Position numbers and translations under genes: made by a program
Shown: positions 45,371-57,859 of the stretch, piece after piece
Position numbering within the stretch: position 1 is the stretch's first letter
How the letters are laid out: each line of letters opens with the position of its first letter
Origin: Octopus sinensis
Lineage: Eukaryota
DNA length: 64,000 nucleotides
Reading direction: 5' to 3'
Assembly: GCF_006345805.1 (NCBI RefSeq)
Contig: NC_043009.1
Location: forward strand, 32,860,001 to 32,924,000
The notes under the pieces: model-generated
The model's database searches: none
What the model saw: only the letters and a program-made list of their open reading frames with translations
Told to the model about the DNA's origin: nothing

Positions 45371-45443
45371 GGTCACTGCCTAGTATCGAACTCGGAATCT
45401 TGGGGTTAGTAGCCTGCGCTCTTAACCACTACGCCACATGCCC
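45371..45443 (-). tRNA. tRNA-like pseudogene (closest by eye to tRNA-Ile(AAU); loop reads CU-ACU-AA) at the PLE 3' end
   Basis: 73 nt GGGCATGTGGCGTAGTGGTTAAGAGCGCAGGCTACTAACCCCAAGATTCCGAGTTCGATACTAGGCAGTGACC with A box and B box. Stems are imperfect, so it is unlikely to be a functional tRNA. Confidence 0.65.
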
Positions 45444-45451
45444 GTGAGAAT

Positions 45452-46011
45452 TTATGGAGTGAATTTTTGGGCATATACATTTAATATTCTCCTATCCTTC
45501 CTTAATACCGGTTCCCATATGCTCCTCATATCTGCACTCGGTCTGCTTAGGAGGTTCTTGTGTCCTAGCGTATGCGCTGCTTCTTTTAGTTTTCGTATTT
45601 TCCAGTGATGTTCTCTGTCTAGTACTTTAACTTCATCCCACAGAGGGAGGTGATCTCCACTTTTCCATCTATGATCAGCTATACCCGATTCATCAATCTC
45701 CCCGATTGACCGCTACCCTTATTTTGAGGGGCGACATGTTTCGCCTTTGTATAACCTAGCACAGCTGCATGGGATGGAGTACATGCAGTTCTTGGTCATA
45801 TTCTTTTCTATTTGTGGTTTTATTCGAAGGAGATATTTGCGAAGTGTTGTATTACTTTTGAATACTGTCCCGATGTCATATGGGCCACATATCTTTTTTT
45901 ATCTTTTCGGAGAGGCTTTTCACATAGGGTAGACAGGCTGTTTGTCGGTTTCATCTGTCTTTTCTTCCTAATTGGAGTGGAGAGTATGCTTTTTTGGGGT
46001 AGTTGTTGCAG

Positions 46012-46013
<2 letters not shown>
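45452..46013 (-). mobile_element. Penelope-like element 3' fragment: linker plus C-terminal GIY-YIG endonuclease (frameshifted)
   Basis: CLPYVKSLSEKI..TVFKSNTTLRKYL..NCMYSIPCSCARLYKGETCRP..SGIADH..WDEVKVLDREHHWKIRKLKEAAH..IWEPVL; stop at 45452-45454. Confidence 0.85.
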
Positions 46014-46050
<37 letters not shown>

Positions 46051-46089
46051 TAATAATAATAATATAATAATAATAATAATAATAATAAC

Positions 46090-46410
46090 AAACCTCGAAT
46101 GTCGAGTAAAACATTCAAAATTCGAAGATCCGGAAACAGAAGCAACTCGAATGTGGCGTCTAAAAACAGAAACAATTCCTATCGTAGTACGCGCATGAGG
46201 TATGATGATAAAATATTCTGGCAAATACATAACAAAAACACCAGGACTAACAAGTATTCTTAATATACAGAAAATAGTACTACTAGGTACCGCACACATC
46301 CTACATAAAACACTTCCAATACAGTAAAAATAAGAGCATCACAACAAACCGCAGCACATACCCAAGGCACACAGAGTAGCGCTCCGTAGTGCAGTGAAAG
46401 CACGTGGTAA
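46090..46410 (+). mobile_element. R4/Dong-clade LINE 3' end (restriction-like endonuclease C-terminus plus 3' UTR)
   Basis: SKFEDPETEATRMWRLKTETIPIVVRA*GM..NIQKIVLLGTAHILHKTLPIQ*, stop at 46325-46327. Confidence 0.8.
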
Positions 46411-46412
46411 GT

Positions 46413-46551
46413 AGAAGAAGAAGAAGAAGAAGAAGAAGAAGAAGAAGAAGAAGAAGAAGAAGAAGAAGAAGAAGAAGAAGAAGAAGAAGAAGAAGAAGAA
46501 GAAGAAGAAGAAGAAGAAGAAGAAGAAGAAGAAGAAGAAGAAGAAGAAGAA
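46413..46551. repeat. Pure (GAA)n microsatellite, ~46 units
   Basis: Directly visible. Confidence 0.97.
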
Positions 46552-48849
46552 TGCTGCACCTATTATTATTATTGTTCTGGTTTACATTATTTTATTATTA
46601 TTTACTCTTCACTGTCGATAATCTGTTCTTTGAGTCAATTCCTGTTACTGCATTATGGTTTGTCTCCAATAACAAATTTAAATGTATTCTATAGGTTTTT
46701 AGACAAATGAGTTGTTTGTAATTCGAGGTTTACTTCAATATTTGTTTTCCTTTCTAAAATCAGCGAGAGGAAACTAAAAAACAAAATGCATAAGTTAAAG
46801 CAATGAAGAAGCTGTAACTAATAGCAAAAAACGTTCCACTTCTTTAACAAGTTGTCCTCCTTTATTTTGGGATTTTATATTACGGGAAGGACGCACCCGA
46901 ACACTTGCAGTGGTTGATTTTTGTGCAGAAATAGTTAACGGTATTTAAAGATGGTTAAGATTTTCAGTCAAGAGGAGGAATTGGAGGGTTAAGGATAAGG
47001 TGGACGTTTTTGACAAAAGCAATTACATTTTTAAGAAGAACAAAAATATTATGAGGTGAGAGAAAAAGTGCTCACAAATTTGCCTGCACTCAATGTTTGA
47101 TTAGCAACTATTGTAGTGCATCTTTTAGACTGATAACTTTCTCAGAATGCAATAGCTGAATTCGTTATCTTCGCTTTTTTCCTGTCTTCGCGAGTGAAAG
47201 ATAATATATTATCTTGATTAGTCACCTCTATATCAATCAAGATTCAGGCTATATGACTTTCACAAAACAAGATCTTAGCTCACCTGTGCTAGAAAATATG
47301 GCTGGAAAAAATTGGTATATGATGCAAAAATGGTTAGGTAGTGTAGACGCTAGAAATACGATGTGAGACAAGGATTAGAAAAATGTGAAGTGAAAGAAAG
47401 ATTAGATAAATGTGGACTGAAAGACAGTCTTTAAAAATTTTTTTTTTAATTTTAACGGTTCGAAAAATATAAAGTATAATAACAAATAGTTCTTGTTTTC
47501 GGAATAGTAGATCTCGAAGTACATAAAACTTTAAATAATAGCATGTGAATAATATTAGTCTGAAAAGTTATTCTGGATAGAAAAAAGTAAAGGCTGTCCG
47601 TAAGACCTCAAAAGTTTTTAACCTTTTATGATGTCAGCAATGGTAAATGTTTATTGTTTGTATATTTGTTGTTTCCTTCCATTTTCTACTTCGATACAAT
47701 CCAAAATAATTCCCCCTTATATTCTTCACATTGTTGTTGTTGTTGTTAATATTTAGTCTTATATCAGACATGATCGAACTGACGTTCCACCAATGACTGC
47801 ACCCTCTTCTATTTATATGAAGAACTATTTCAGCCAACGTCTTTTTTAAGACAATAATTTGAGGATGGTGTAGTTGCTATTTCTAGTAGTTTTAGCAACA
47901 AAACTGTTGGTTATCCCGTTGGTTCGACTTATAAGTAAAATTCAGTTTATTTAAAAAGGAATAAGAAACCTTTGACACATAAATCACTGAGATCGATAAA
48001 ATAAAAAGTGTGTAAGACGTTACTTGAAATATCTTTAAAATATTTTCATAACAAAATAATAAATGTATATAATGTGTATATAAATAATAAACGTATACAG
48101 TGTGTATATCGCTGTGTGTAGAGTTTCTAGAAAAGTAGCAAGGATTTTTACCAACCTTCTAATATCATTCATACTGAATCATATTGTACTATATTTGATC
48201 TTGCAATCATTAGAGAGAAGGAGGTCATTGATTGGTAGTGTTTTGTTTTGTTATGGCTATCAGATTTAAGACCATACTAGAGCACGATCGTGGGGATATA
48301 TCAGAATACATTTACTGGTTAAACAATGTTTTGCTATTTTAAACTCTGGCTTGTGATATCTCGATACAATATTCAATATCACATTTTACTTAGTAAACTG
48401 TGCTTAAATAATCGTTCGATCCATTTGGTTAAATACAATCAAATTTCTTTCCGATTGCACATCATCTTCTTAAAAATAATAATGCATATCAGATAAGTTA
48501 CTCGTAACTTTACAATGACTGAAGAAAAGTTTCCGTCATGGTTGGAGTGGATTTGATATAAATTCACGTGGATATCGATTCCCTACATAATCACAAGATT
48601 AGTTATTTGCAGGAAAGTAGCAATCAATAATACTGAACTCAATGAACTCATTTTATTGATTTAGGAAGGATAAAAGTCAAAGACGTAATCGATGACTAAA
48701 TATGGCGCGCCCTTTCTTCCGTCACGCTAGCGATTTTGACAACTTTAAGCCACCCTAAAATACAGCGTGGGACTATTGTTATATACGAATAATTTAATCG
48801 AATTTGTACTATGGTAGAGTCATCTTGGCAATTTAAACGCACACCAACT

Positions 48850-49072
48850 TCTCTGGGTCAATGAAAGAACCCCAATACGGTCATTAAACCTATAAGAAAT
48901 TGTAGCCAAATCTCTGTCGACATCCTTTGTAAAGTTGGACACATTGTATAATATACCCATGTAATATATGAACAGACGTGATGGTCATAACTGGAATATG
49001 TTTGGTCATAGGTCTCTTGAATTGTGTTTAACTCAGTATTGTATGAAAACAACAACAGCAACAACAGGAGCA
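48850..49072 (+). mobile_element. Old (CAA)n-tailed interspersed repeat; relatives near 31370-31640, 47735-47925 (minus) and 63400-63488
   Basis: Shared motifs GATGGTCA..GGAA..TTTG..ATAGGTCT and AGAAATAGCAGCCAAA-like, ending in AAACAACAA. Confidence 0.5.
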
Positions 49073-50273
49073 AGCAGTTATACATTTCCTTTTATCCTAT
49101 CGCGATATGTGTCCTTGCTGTACACTTTAAGCAATTGTAACTATGGTGCAACATATGATGAAACAATTTTGAAAATCTGCAGATCCTGAAAATAGAAGTA
49201 ATTCTTTTCTTAGCTCGTTCTTACATTATTTTTCCAGGGAAACCTCGAGTTCCTGCTTTCCTCCATGTGTTGGTCGCTGGTCAGTGATTTTTGCCTTTAC
49301 ATGTTTTTAATATGACTTTTCTGGGAACTGACCTTTCTTTCAATACAGATATGCTGGTTTCCATAACACTAGTTGCTTAACTGAAAGCTCAGGGTGTTAC
49401 TATTTGTGACAAACCAGCCTCAGTCATCTAAAATCTCTTCACGCATTCGTCTATGAACATTTTTTATACAGACGCCCATTGGTAAGGCGTTTCTTCTGCT
49501 TGAAGGTAAGAACACCATGCAGTATTCTGTGGTAGCGTGCAGTCAGTGGCCTCAACAGTGTAGACTACAGTATCCAGCATTTACAGTCACATTAGGGAAC
49601 AAACTCTACAATCGACAAAAAGAAATGGAGTTTAGTATGTCAGGGGTCTTGAAATTAAATACATTGGGCATGCTTTACAAACACTTTCAAGCAAGTGCAT
49701 ATCTCATTTTCAAGATCTCTGACGAGTTAATTCATGTCTTCCATCAGAACACTTTGACCATCTTCTTATCGGAGATGCATTATCCAGCTTATACATTTAA
49801 GGGACAATTCGCCATTTTATTGTCACTCATTATAGATGTGCTTTCTTTGTGAATCTATGTGAGTAACCATTAACATCAAGGTCGTTTTATTTTCTTCTTT
49901 AATAAATAGGAGAACGGAACTTATATACTAATAACGCCGACTACCTATACAGCACGATCATTTCCGTGAAGCAGAGGCTTTCTTTATACAAGGAGATTTC
50001 ATTTTTAAATCATCATTATATACTGACTGCTGTCTCTGTTTTCTTTACTCACATAGTCTATTCATATATTCTATTAAATAATATAAAAATTAATTCTATT
50101 TATCAATTCGAAATGAACAATTAAATTACACCATCTAGAAAATTACATATAATAAAAATATTAAAATTAAAATAACAATAAAATATCAATGATTAAGTAA
50201 ATTGCCAAAAAAAATAATAAAAACGTATATAATTGGTAGAATAACACATATGCACATATGTATGTATATGTAT

Positions 50274-50337
<64 letters not shown>

Positions 50338-50434
50338 CCACAGTAAGCACACAAATGCGAAACAAGTTGGAAAAATAGTACTCGAATACCAGCGTTAGAG
50401 TAATATGTTCTATTGAAAAGCAGCAAACATATCA

Positions 50435-50484
50435 CAAAAACTGTTACTCAGAGCTTCACGTTCCCGTTCGTCGGACAGTTTTTG
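50435..50484 (-). ncRNA. Type I hammerhead fold with perfect 10-bp stem I (U4C core; GAAG in place of GAAA)
   Basis: CAAAAACUGU-CCGACGA-ACG(GGAA)CGU-GAAG-CUCUGAG-UA^-ACAGUUUUUG. Confidence 0.7.
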
Positions 50485-51254
50485 AAGCTTTTCAATAAAC
50501 TATATATATATGCAGTTTCCGGCTAATAAATTCAATCCGAAGGCGTTGAACGAGTTATTGTTGAAAACGCTTGCTCAAGTTATTGGTCTGTGGAACTGAG
50601 CCTGAAAATACGTATTTGCGACGCAAACCGGTTACCCATAATCATACATTTGCTTATAATATCCATGTTGTGCATATTTTTTATTCATATTTACAATTCA
50701 TTAACAGGTGAAAGCTGAAAGAATTTAGTAAGCTATAAAAATCTTTCAGGGTTTCGTTGAATTTCTAAATATGAATGAAGAATCTTATGTAAGAATCCTC
50801 TATAATTAGGAATGAATCATCATAATTATAACTTATTTCTTTATTTTGCTACATTTTATAAACCAAGAGTGACCACCCACAGTTTTTTAAAATAGCGAAG
50901 GAAAAATGTTATATTAATTCGTTTGTAGCAGGAGACCAACTGTTTTTAATGTCTGCTATTTATGATAAATAATATTTTTAATAATACATTGGATTTGAAA
51001 TATCATGACAATATTATGGCATGTAATTGTTAACAGCAACAAAGTTGTATGAATATAAATTGTATCTAAGAGTATGGGATAATTTAATGATAATAATTCA
51101 CAATATGGTAATGTATAAGATCATTTAAAACCCATTTAACGATATCAGTGTTCCATTAATGAGCTGTGTCATGTACTTCTGGTTGTAAGCTTCAATATAA
51201 TGAAGTGAGATACTTTATCACTTTTGCATTGTATATTGTAAATTACTGCTGCAG

Positions 51255-51480
51255 GCTGGCAAGCTGGAGTGGCAGAACCGTTAGCACGTCAAACATAATG
51301 ACTTGTGGTGTTTCTTCCGACTCTTTACGTTCTGATTTCACATCTTGCCTGAGTGAATATTTGTTTTCCGTCTTCCGAAGGGTAACATAAAAAAGCAGAC
51401 GGCTACTAAGGTTGTAACAATCGACTGTCACCTTCGCCTCCAAAAATAATGGTCTTGCGTCTAAATAAGAAAACATTATT
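51255..51480 (+). mobile_element. Old diverged copy related to the 674-1068 SINE family
   Basis: TGGCAGAACCGTTAGCACG head, TTTACGTTCTGA and a 3' end GGTCTTGCGTCTAAATAAGAAAACATTATT. Confidence 0.6.
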
Positions 51481-52269
51481 TCTTAATATTCTGTTTGACA
51501 AAAGAAATACTATTGTACTTTATTGGCTTGTTTGTCGAGCACCACCTGTAAATAAAGGACTTATATTTGCGAAGGAAAAGGTGCCAGTTGCTTCTGAGTA
51601 ATGCAAGCACGAGGATAACTTCTAACTTATACCTAGGAAATTATGACTAAATCTCCGTTTAGTTTTGTGAGTTCTTTAAGGCTAAATAATTCTTCTTTGG
51701 GATAAATTTTGGAGTTACAACAAACAATGTTGAGATGAAGTCAGTGAACAAACTATTGTAGCTCTTAAATATATTTAGTGTTTTCACAGTGGAATGGCTA
51801 ATGTTTTAGTGTAATAGTCTTCAAGTTTCCAGTTTCTAACTCCTATTGGACCACTTCAATATAATTGATAGAATTAGTAGGCAGTGCATCTTCACTATGA
51901 TGGGCGGGGCATTTAAAATGAATCCATCCCACTAGATGTTTCATGAAAATGGCTGTTTGATTGCCACATTTTTCTCTGTTTCTGGTGGAACCTCACTTTA
52001 GTGGCATTAATTATATTATTTATATTCATTAGCAGCGAGTCAAAACAATGGAATGGGGGAGCTTAGAATTCCACAGAAGAATTCTTTCCTACACTTCACC
52101 CAAAGAAACAGATCGATAATTGGCAAGCGGTGTATATTGCTCGTATTTTTGTTTTGATTGCTTTCCTCTACAAATGAAGGACCATCAGTAATTCAATTTA
52201 TAAAAGTTATATACGACTATTTATTCCAAACCTCCTCTTATATTTTCCCTTCATCTCTTTTACTTCTTC

Positions 52270-52271
52270 AT

Positions 52272-52306
<35 letters not shown>

Positions 52307-52333
52307 TAGTGGTAGTAGTAGTTATTATTATTA

Positions 52334-52369
<36 letters not shown>

Positions 52370-52413
52370 CATCATCATCATCATCATCATCATCATTATA
52401 TTATTATTATATT

Positions 52414-52448
<35 letters not shown>

Positions 52449-52546
52449 TATTATTATTATTATATTATATTATTATATTATTATTATTATTATATTATCA
52501 CATCATCATCATCATCATCATTATTATTATTATTATTATTATTAGT

Positions 52547-52623
<77 letters not shown>

Positions 52624-52650
52624 CATTATTATTATTACTATCATTATCAT
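52270..52650. repeat. (TTA)n/(TCA)n compound microsatellite
   Basis: Directly visible. Confidence 0.95.
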
Positions 52651-54239
52651 TGTAGTTGATACTGTTGTTGCTGATTTTATTGTTATTCATATTTTCGTCA
52701 TTCTTGTAATCTTTTTCTCAATCTTTCCATATTTCTATTTGTTCATTGCTCTTCTTTAAATTACTCTCCTTCCTCTGAATTTTATTTTCTTTAATATTTC
52801 CTTATTTCTTCGCTTACGCCTTCCTCCTATTTTTTCTCATTCCATCTCTTTCCTTTTCTATTTCTTTCTGAATCTTTAAATTTCTTGCACACCGCTATTT
52901 TCTTTTTTTTTTTTTTTGCCTTTTCACTTTCTTCTTCAAACACATTTTTTCTTTTCTGCTTTTATGTATATGTTTACTTCTGTTGACTCCTCTTTATGTT
53001 TTCAAATTATATTTTCTCCTATCTTTCTCCTTACAAAATTTTGTAGAACTACTTCTTCGGTTATTCACCTCCTCCTCTGCCACCAGCTCCTCCTCCTCCT
53101 CCTCTATTACTTCTTTTATTCTCCTTCTGTTGTGTGAGTGATAAAGCCACACATTCGCTGATGCAGAAATCAACAGCAAAAAATAACTAAACATATTCTT
53201 CATCTAAGCAGAAATTTTCGCTTTAATGCATAGAAATGTACGTATATGTTTGATACAATTCATTCCCTACCCCTCCTTTCACACTTATTTACTTATTTCC
53301 TTATCTCTACCGCTCCTCCTCCGCCATTCTTTTTCGCTCTTTTACCATACATACATACACACACACACACTATATATATATATTGTATAATGTATATATG
53401 AGTGCATGTGTGCGTGTATGTATATTTACATACGTGTATATGTATATATGTTATATAAATATATATACATACATACATATCTTTTCTGGATATCCGCCAC
53501 TTTTCACCTCTCATCTGGCAATCGTGAAGCTCACACAACAATATCCATAAATATGCTTCATGCTCAACAATATACAGTCACTCATACATAAGATACTGAA
53601 GTAGGCACTTGGTACTTACAAGAGATTGTATTGGATCTTCACCGGTGAAAAATACAACTCCTTATTCACAATTCTTTGGTTAACAAATCTTTTCAAAATT
53701 TCCATTGAAATATCGAGTCTTTATGAAAGCGTAGCAAAGTGTCTTTGCAAATTCATACGAAAAAATATTCATAAACGAACGTATATCTTCAGACACACAT
53801 GCAAATATATCTTCGTGCATATGTATATACATGTGCGTCAGTGTGTGTGTGTGGGTGTGTGTGGGTGTGTGTGCCTGTGTATGTGTGTGTGTATGTGAGT
53901 GTGTGTATTTGAGTGCTTAGTTACATTTAAGCCAATCCGATAGCTTGTTACTTTATAGTCTACAAGGCGAGCAACTCATTCAGAGAAGAAAAAACTGACA
54001 TCACGTTTTTTTGTCTGTTGTGGAAAAGTTACAGTAACAGATAATAGCTACTGCGCTCTTATGTTTATATTGAGTAATATCTCTCCATATGCATATCAAT
54101 GTCCTATATTCATACACTCCCCCCCCACACACACACACATGGGCACGCACATGCACACTTATATACTATGTTTAATTCCATGGATCACAGTGTTTAAATA
54201 TTCTTAGATATAATTATGCTCTCGATGTTATTCGCTCTA

Positions 54240-54360
54240 ACCCATACGTTGTGCTACGGGTGGGTGTCGTACCTCCGCGTTATCCGGAGGATCTTCCCTC
54301 TCGCAGCTTTAGGGTCGTTCGGTGGGCAACCATTGTTTTCCACCTTCTTTCTTTTTAGCA
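54240..54360 (-). mobile_element. Fragment of the same L1/Tx1-like family as 54812-56137, in inverted orientation
   Basis: Reverse complement of 54302-54345 (AGGTGGAAAACAATGGTTGCCCACCGAACGACCCTAAAGCTGCG) matches 55947-55990 with about 3 mismatches. Confidence 0.7.
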
Positions 54361-54437
54361 CACTGTGCTAACGATGCTCCTCACTGAAATGTGTTCTTGT
54401 TATATCTAATAATGTCTTAATATGTATATACACATAC

Positions 54438-54472
<35 letters not shown>

Positions 54473-54715
54473 AATAAATATAAAATACATCAATCTTATA
54501 TTGTCCGTTGAAAGCTCGAAAAAGGTAGTAATTAAGAGTCAACAACTGAGGAGGGGTTTGATTTCTTTTGGTAATTTGTGCCGTACCTATCTCACGTGTT
54601 CACATAATTTTCACTCGTTGATGATGTCCTGTACTTAATGTATTTTATATTTTCCACTTATAATCGAATGCCACGAAGCCTTGTCCGCAGTAAGTTTTTA
54701 CCTTCATTTATATAC

Positions 54716-54774
<59 letters not shown>

Positions 54775-54776
<2 letters not shown>

Positions 54777-56503
54777 TGCAGTAGTGGCTGCATGGTAAGT
54801 ACCTTGCTTACTGCGCATGCGTTGGTTAGTTACTTCCACACTGAATGCTGTTAAGACATGCTTCGTAGCCGTCTTGAAGTGAAGAACCTTTGAAGTCGCG
54901 ATTGTAGATTAGGCATCTGTTTCTTTTGGGATTTAGTGGGGTTTTGATGTTTGATATTGCTTTTCTTTTTCCAAATAAGAAATCTTCACTAGGTCCCGGA
55001 CATTTGTCTGCATGCAGTCGCGCTAAGTGACTCACTTATTTGTAAGAATTGTTGTTTTGGGGGCGTATCTCACCTCCGAAAAATTATGAAATTTTGGAAA
55101 ATTCTACCAATTTGTGGAGTATTTTTTTGTGTTCCTGCTGCTGTGACCCTGGAGTACCTTTTTGGAGTAACTTTTTGGGCGGAATATCTGTTGGCCAGCA
55201 TTACCGGGTGGCCAGAATTGTGTGACTTGAACTGTCTTCCTTCCTTCTTTTTCTCTGCTCTATCTTTCTCCTCTTATTTGTGTTTTTTGACTTTATTGTT
55301 ACTTTTTGTTTGGAACTGTTATTGGTATTTTTTCTTCAAGCATGGCAAAAAAGGTAATCACTGCGTTGGAGAGGGAGATTGTCGCATCCAAGCAGTCGAT
55401 GAGAGAACGGTGGTGTTGAGGAGTTATTCTAAGTGGCTCAACACCATTGCTGTCTTTCGTCAGGTGGGAATTGAAAAAGAGTTGGCAGAATATCCGCCAA
55501 CTATTAAGTTTATTGCCAGGAGTGTTAAGTACGCAACAGTTTTGTTCCTATTTGACACCCCTCAGGTGGCTCGTAGGTTTGCGAGCCAGCCCTTCGAAGG
55601 GAAAAATATTCTGTTTTTCCCACATACTGTGGGAAGAAATTAACAAGAGCTTGGGTCTGTGAGCTGCCAACTAGGATAGAACCCGAGTGGAGAGAAGACA
55701 CTATCCGCCGGGGCGTTGGTGGCAGCGAAGCCAAGCTCCTCATTGTTGAAATTTTGCCTGCTGCTGATTGGGTCGTGTCAAAACGGTTTTGACCCTGTGG
55801 ACCTAATCAGCCAAGAATCTGGTTTTCCCAGATTTTTTGAGAATGGCCGGTACTAGGTATCCGGTGATTCTTGAGGGACGTTAATAAAAGTAGCGCCCCC
55901 GCTCCTCCATTGAAGAGGTGGAGACCTCGAAAAATTGAAAAAGGAAAGGTGGGAAACAATCGTTGCCCACCGAACGACCGTAAAGCTGCGTGAAGCAATG
56001 TCTTCGAGAATGCAACAATCGGCGGGCGTTGTTGCTTCTCCCAACAACCATTTCTTTCATTGCATCATCATGTCCTTGTCCAGCCCGCAGCTACTCCCTC
56101 TACGTACGGTTTTCATAGCCAATAAAATGAAATAAATTAGGTTGCTTACCAACCACATGGTTCCGGGTTCAGTCCCACTGCGTGGCACCTTCGGCAAGTG
56201 TCTTCTACTATAGCCTCGGACCGACCAAAACCTTGTCAGTGGATTTGGTAGAAGGAAACTGAAAGAAGCCTGTCATATATATGTATATGTATATATATAT
56301 GTGTGTGTGTGTTTGTGTGTCTGTTTTCGTCCCCCCAATATCGCTTGACAACAGATGCTGGTGTGTTTACGTCCCCGCAGTTCGGCAAAAGAGACCAATA
56401 GAATAAGTACTAGGCTTACAAAGAATAAGTCCTAAGATCTATTTCCTCGACTAAAGGCGGTGCTCCAGCATGGCCACAGTCAAATGACTGAAACAAGTAA
56501 AAG
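54775..56503 (+). mobile_element. SINE of the 31684 family split by an insertion (54775-54811 joined to 56138-56503)
   Basis: Head GGTGCAGTAGTGGCTGCATGGTAAGTACCTTGCTTAC resumes as TTGCTTACCAACCACATGGTTCCGGGTTCAGTCCC and runs to GACTGAAACAAGTAAAAG. Confidence 0.9.
54812..56137 (+). mobile_element. 1.3 kb L1/Tx1-like element carrying only a decayed ORF1 (HAL1-like)
   Basis: TSD TACCTTGCTTAC (54800-54811) / TAGGTTGCTTAC (56138-56149). Frameshifted ORF from ATG ~55342: MAKKVITALERE..AVDERTVVLRSYS..IKFIARSVKYATV..FDTPQVARRFASQP..P.YCGKKLTRAWVCELPTRIEPEW. AATAAA-rich end; no RT. Confidence 0.65.
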
Positions 56504-56504
56504 C

Positions 56505-56570
<66 letters not shown>

Positions 56571-56622
56571 GTGTGTGTGTGTGGTGTGTGTGTGTGTGGT
56601 GTGTGTGTGTGTGTGTGGTGTG

Positions 56623-56675
<53 letters not shown>

Positions 56676-57859
56676 TGATAAGATGTTTTAATGCACTATC
56701 AATAAAACGTGGGGTATGAATAAATAACTAAATATATTTAAGGAGACATATTTTGTCTCGGTGTGTCTTGCATTTAAATTAATAAATTCTGTCATTTTGT
56801 CTAGAGTTTTGTTGATGAGAATCTTTCCAACTTTCGTGATTTATCTGATGTGCCTTTGGGGAAAACAAAATATATTCTATTTGACTCTTTTTTTCTTTTT
56901 TTTTTCATATAAAGCACACATCACACATACTCATATCTGTATACTCACACATGACGTTTAACCAGGCTAGAAGTGAATTTAATTGCTTTGAGATATTTCT
57001 CCCTGACAAAATATTGCAACCAGTTCTTTTTCACCTTTGTTTGCCAAATACACACAGGTTACTTAGCGTATGCGATTATGTGAATGTTTGTGTGTGTATG
57101 TGTGTGTGGTGTGAGTGTGTGTGCAGAAAATGTTATTAAAAAACCCAAATCTTGCGAAATGCTATCACTCGGGGGTTGCTGGCCGAAACATTAATTATTA
57201 CGCCATTTTTCAAGCTGTGAACAAGGCCGTTTGTCAGTTGCTTTTAAGTAGTGCACGTTTGAACAAGGAACGCGAAGGAAGAAGATGAAAAGAAAACACA
57301 TAGAAGATGACCAGCGCCACAACAGACAAGTGTCAAAATAACCTAAACAAAGTATCAATGGTGTACGATTTATACGGTAGCCTATTTTTAAATTCGCCAA
57401 GATGTATTTTTCAAAATGTGGACATCTCATTCCTGGAATTTAGGTAGTTGTTGGAGGCTCACAAGGCTTTTAAGAGATATAGTTTTTCAGCATATTCAAC
57501 ATTATTTGGACCCGTTAATATAGGGTCTAGTTTTGGAAAATATTTTCCATTCGATTCCGTAGTTGGTTCCTTCATTTTTAAGTTTTCAGATTAAAGCCAA
57601 AACGGTAATTGAATGTGTTTTGTCACGGTGCCTACAAATTGAAAGATAGTTGGTATATCGGTATTTAAATGTTCCTTCTATGACTCCGATATAACGTTTG
57701 ATTGCTGTTCGACCGTTGCCATAGTTTGCTGATAGCTGTGCTTCAGAGACAACAAAGCCCCAGGAGAACACACATCGTTCAAAGATTTATTATTGCTTGT
57801 ATAGACTTTTTCAAGATCAATGACGAAACGTTACTGGAAAAAGGATATAAATATTTGCA

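Noticed and set aside
49472-49505. 34-nt plus-strand micro-exon candidate (tttatacag|...GAAG|gtaaga)
   Set aside because: It sits in what looks like an old LINE relic and has no support beyond the splice dinucleotide context.
55086-55643. 185 aa ORF resembling a membrane protein
   Set aside because: The hydrophobic half is the T-rich leader of the retroelement read in frame with part of its frameshifted ORF1. It lies within a TSD-bounded insertion.
57586-57771. RTAIKRYIGVIEGTFK, loosely like a Harbinger-type DDE C-terminal motif
   Set aside because: A single weak motif with no other transposase motifs or TIRs nearby.
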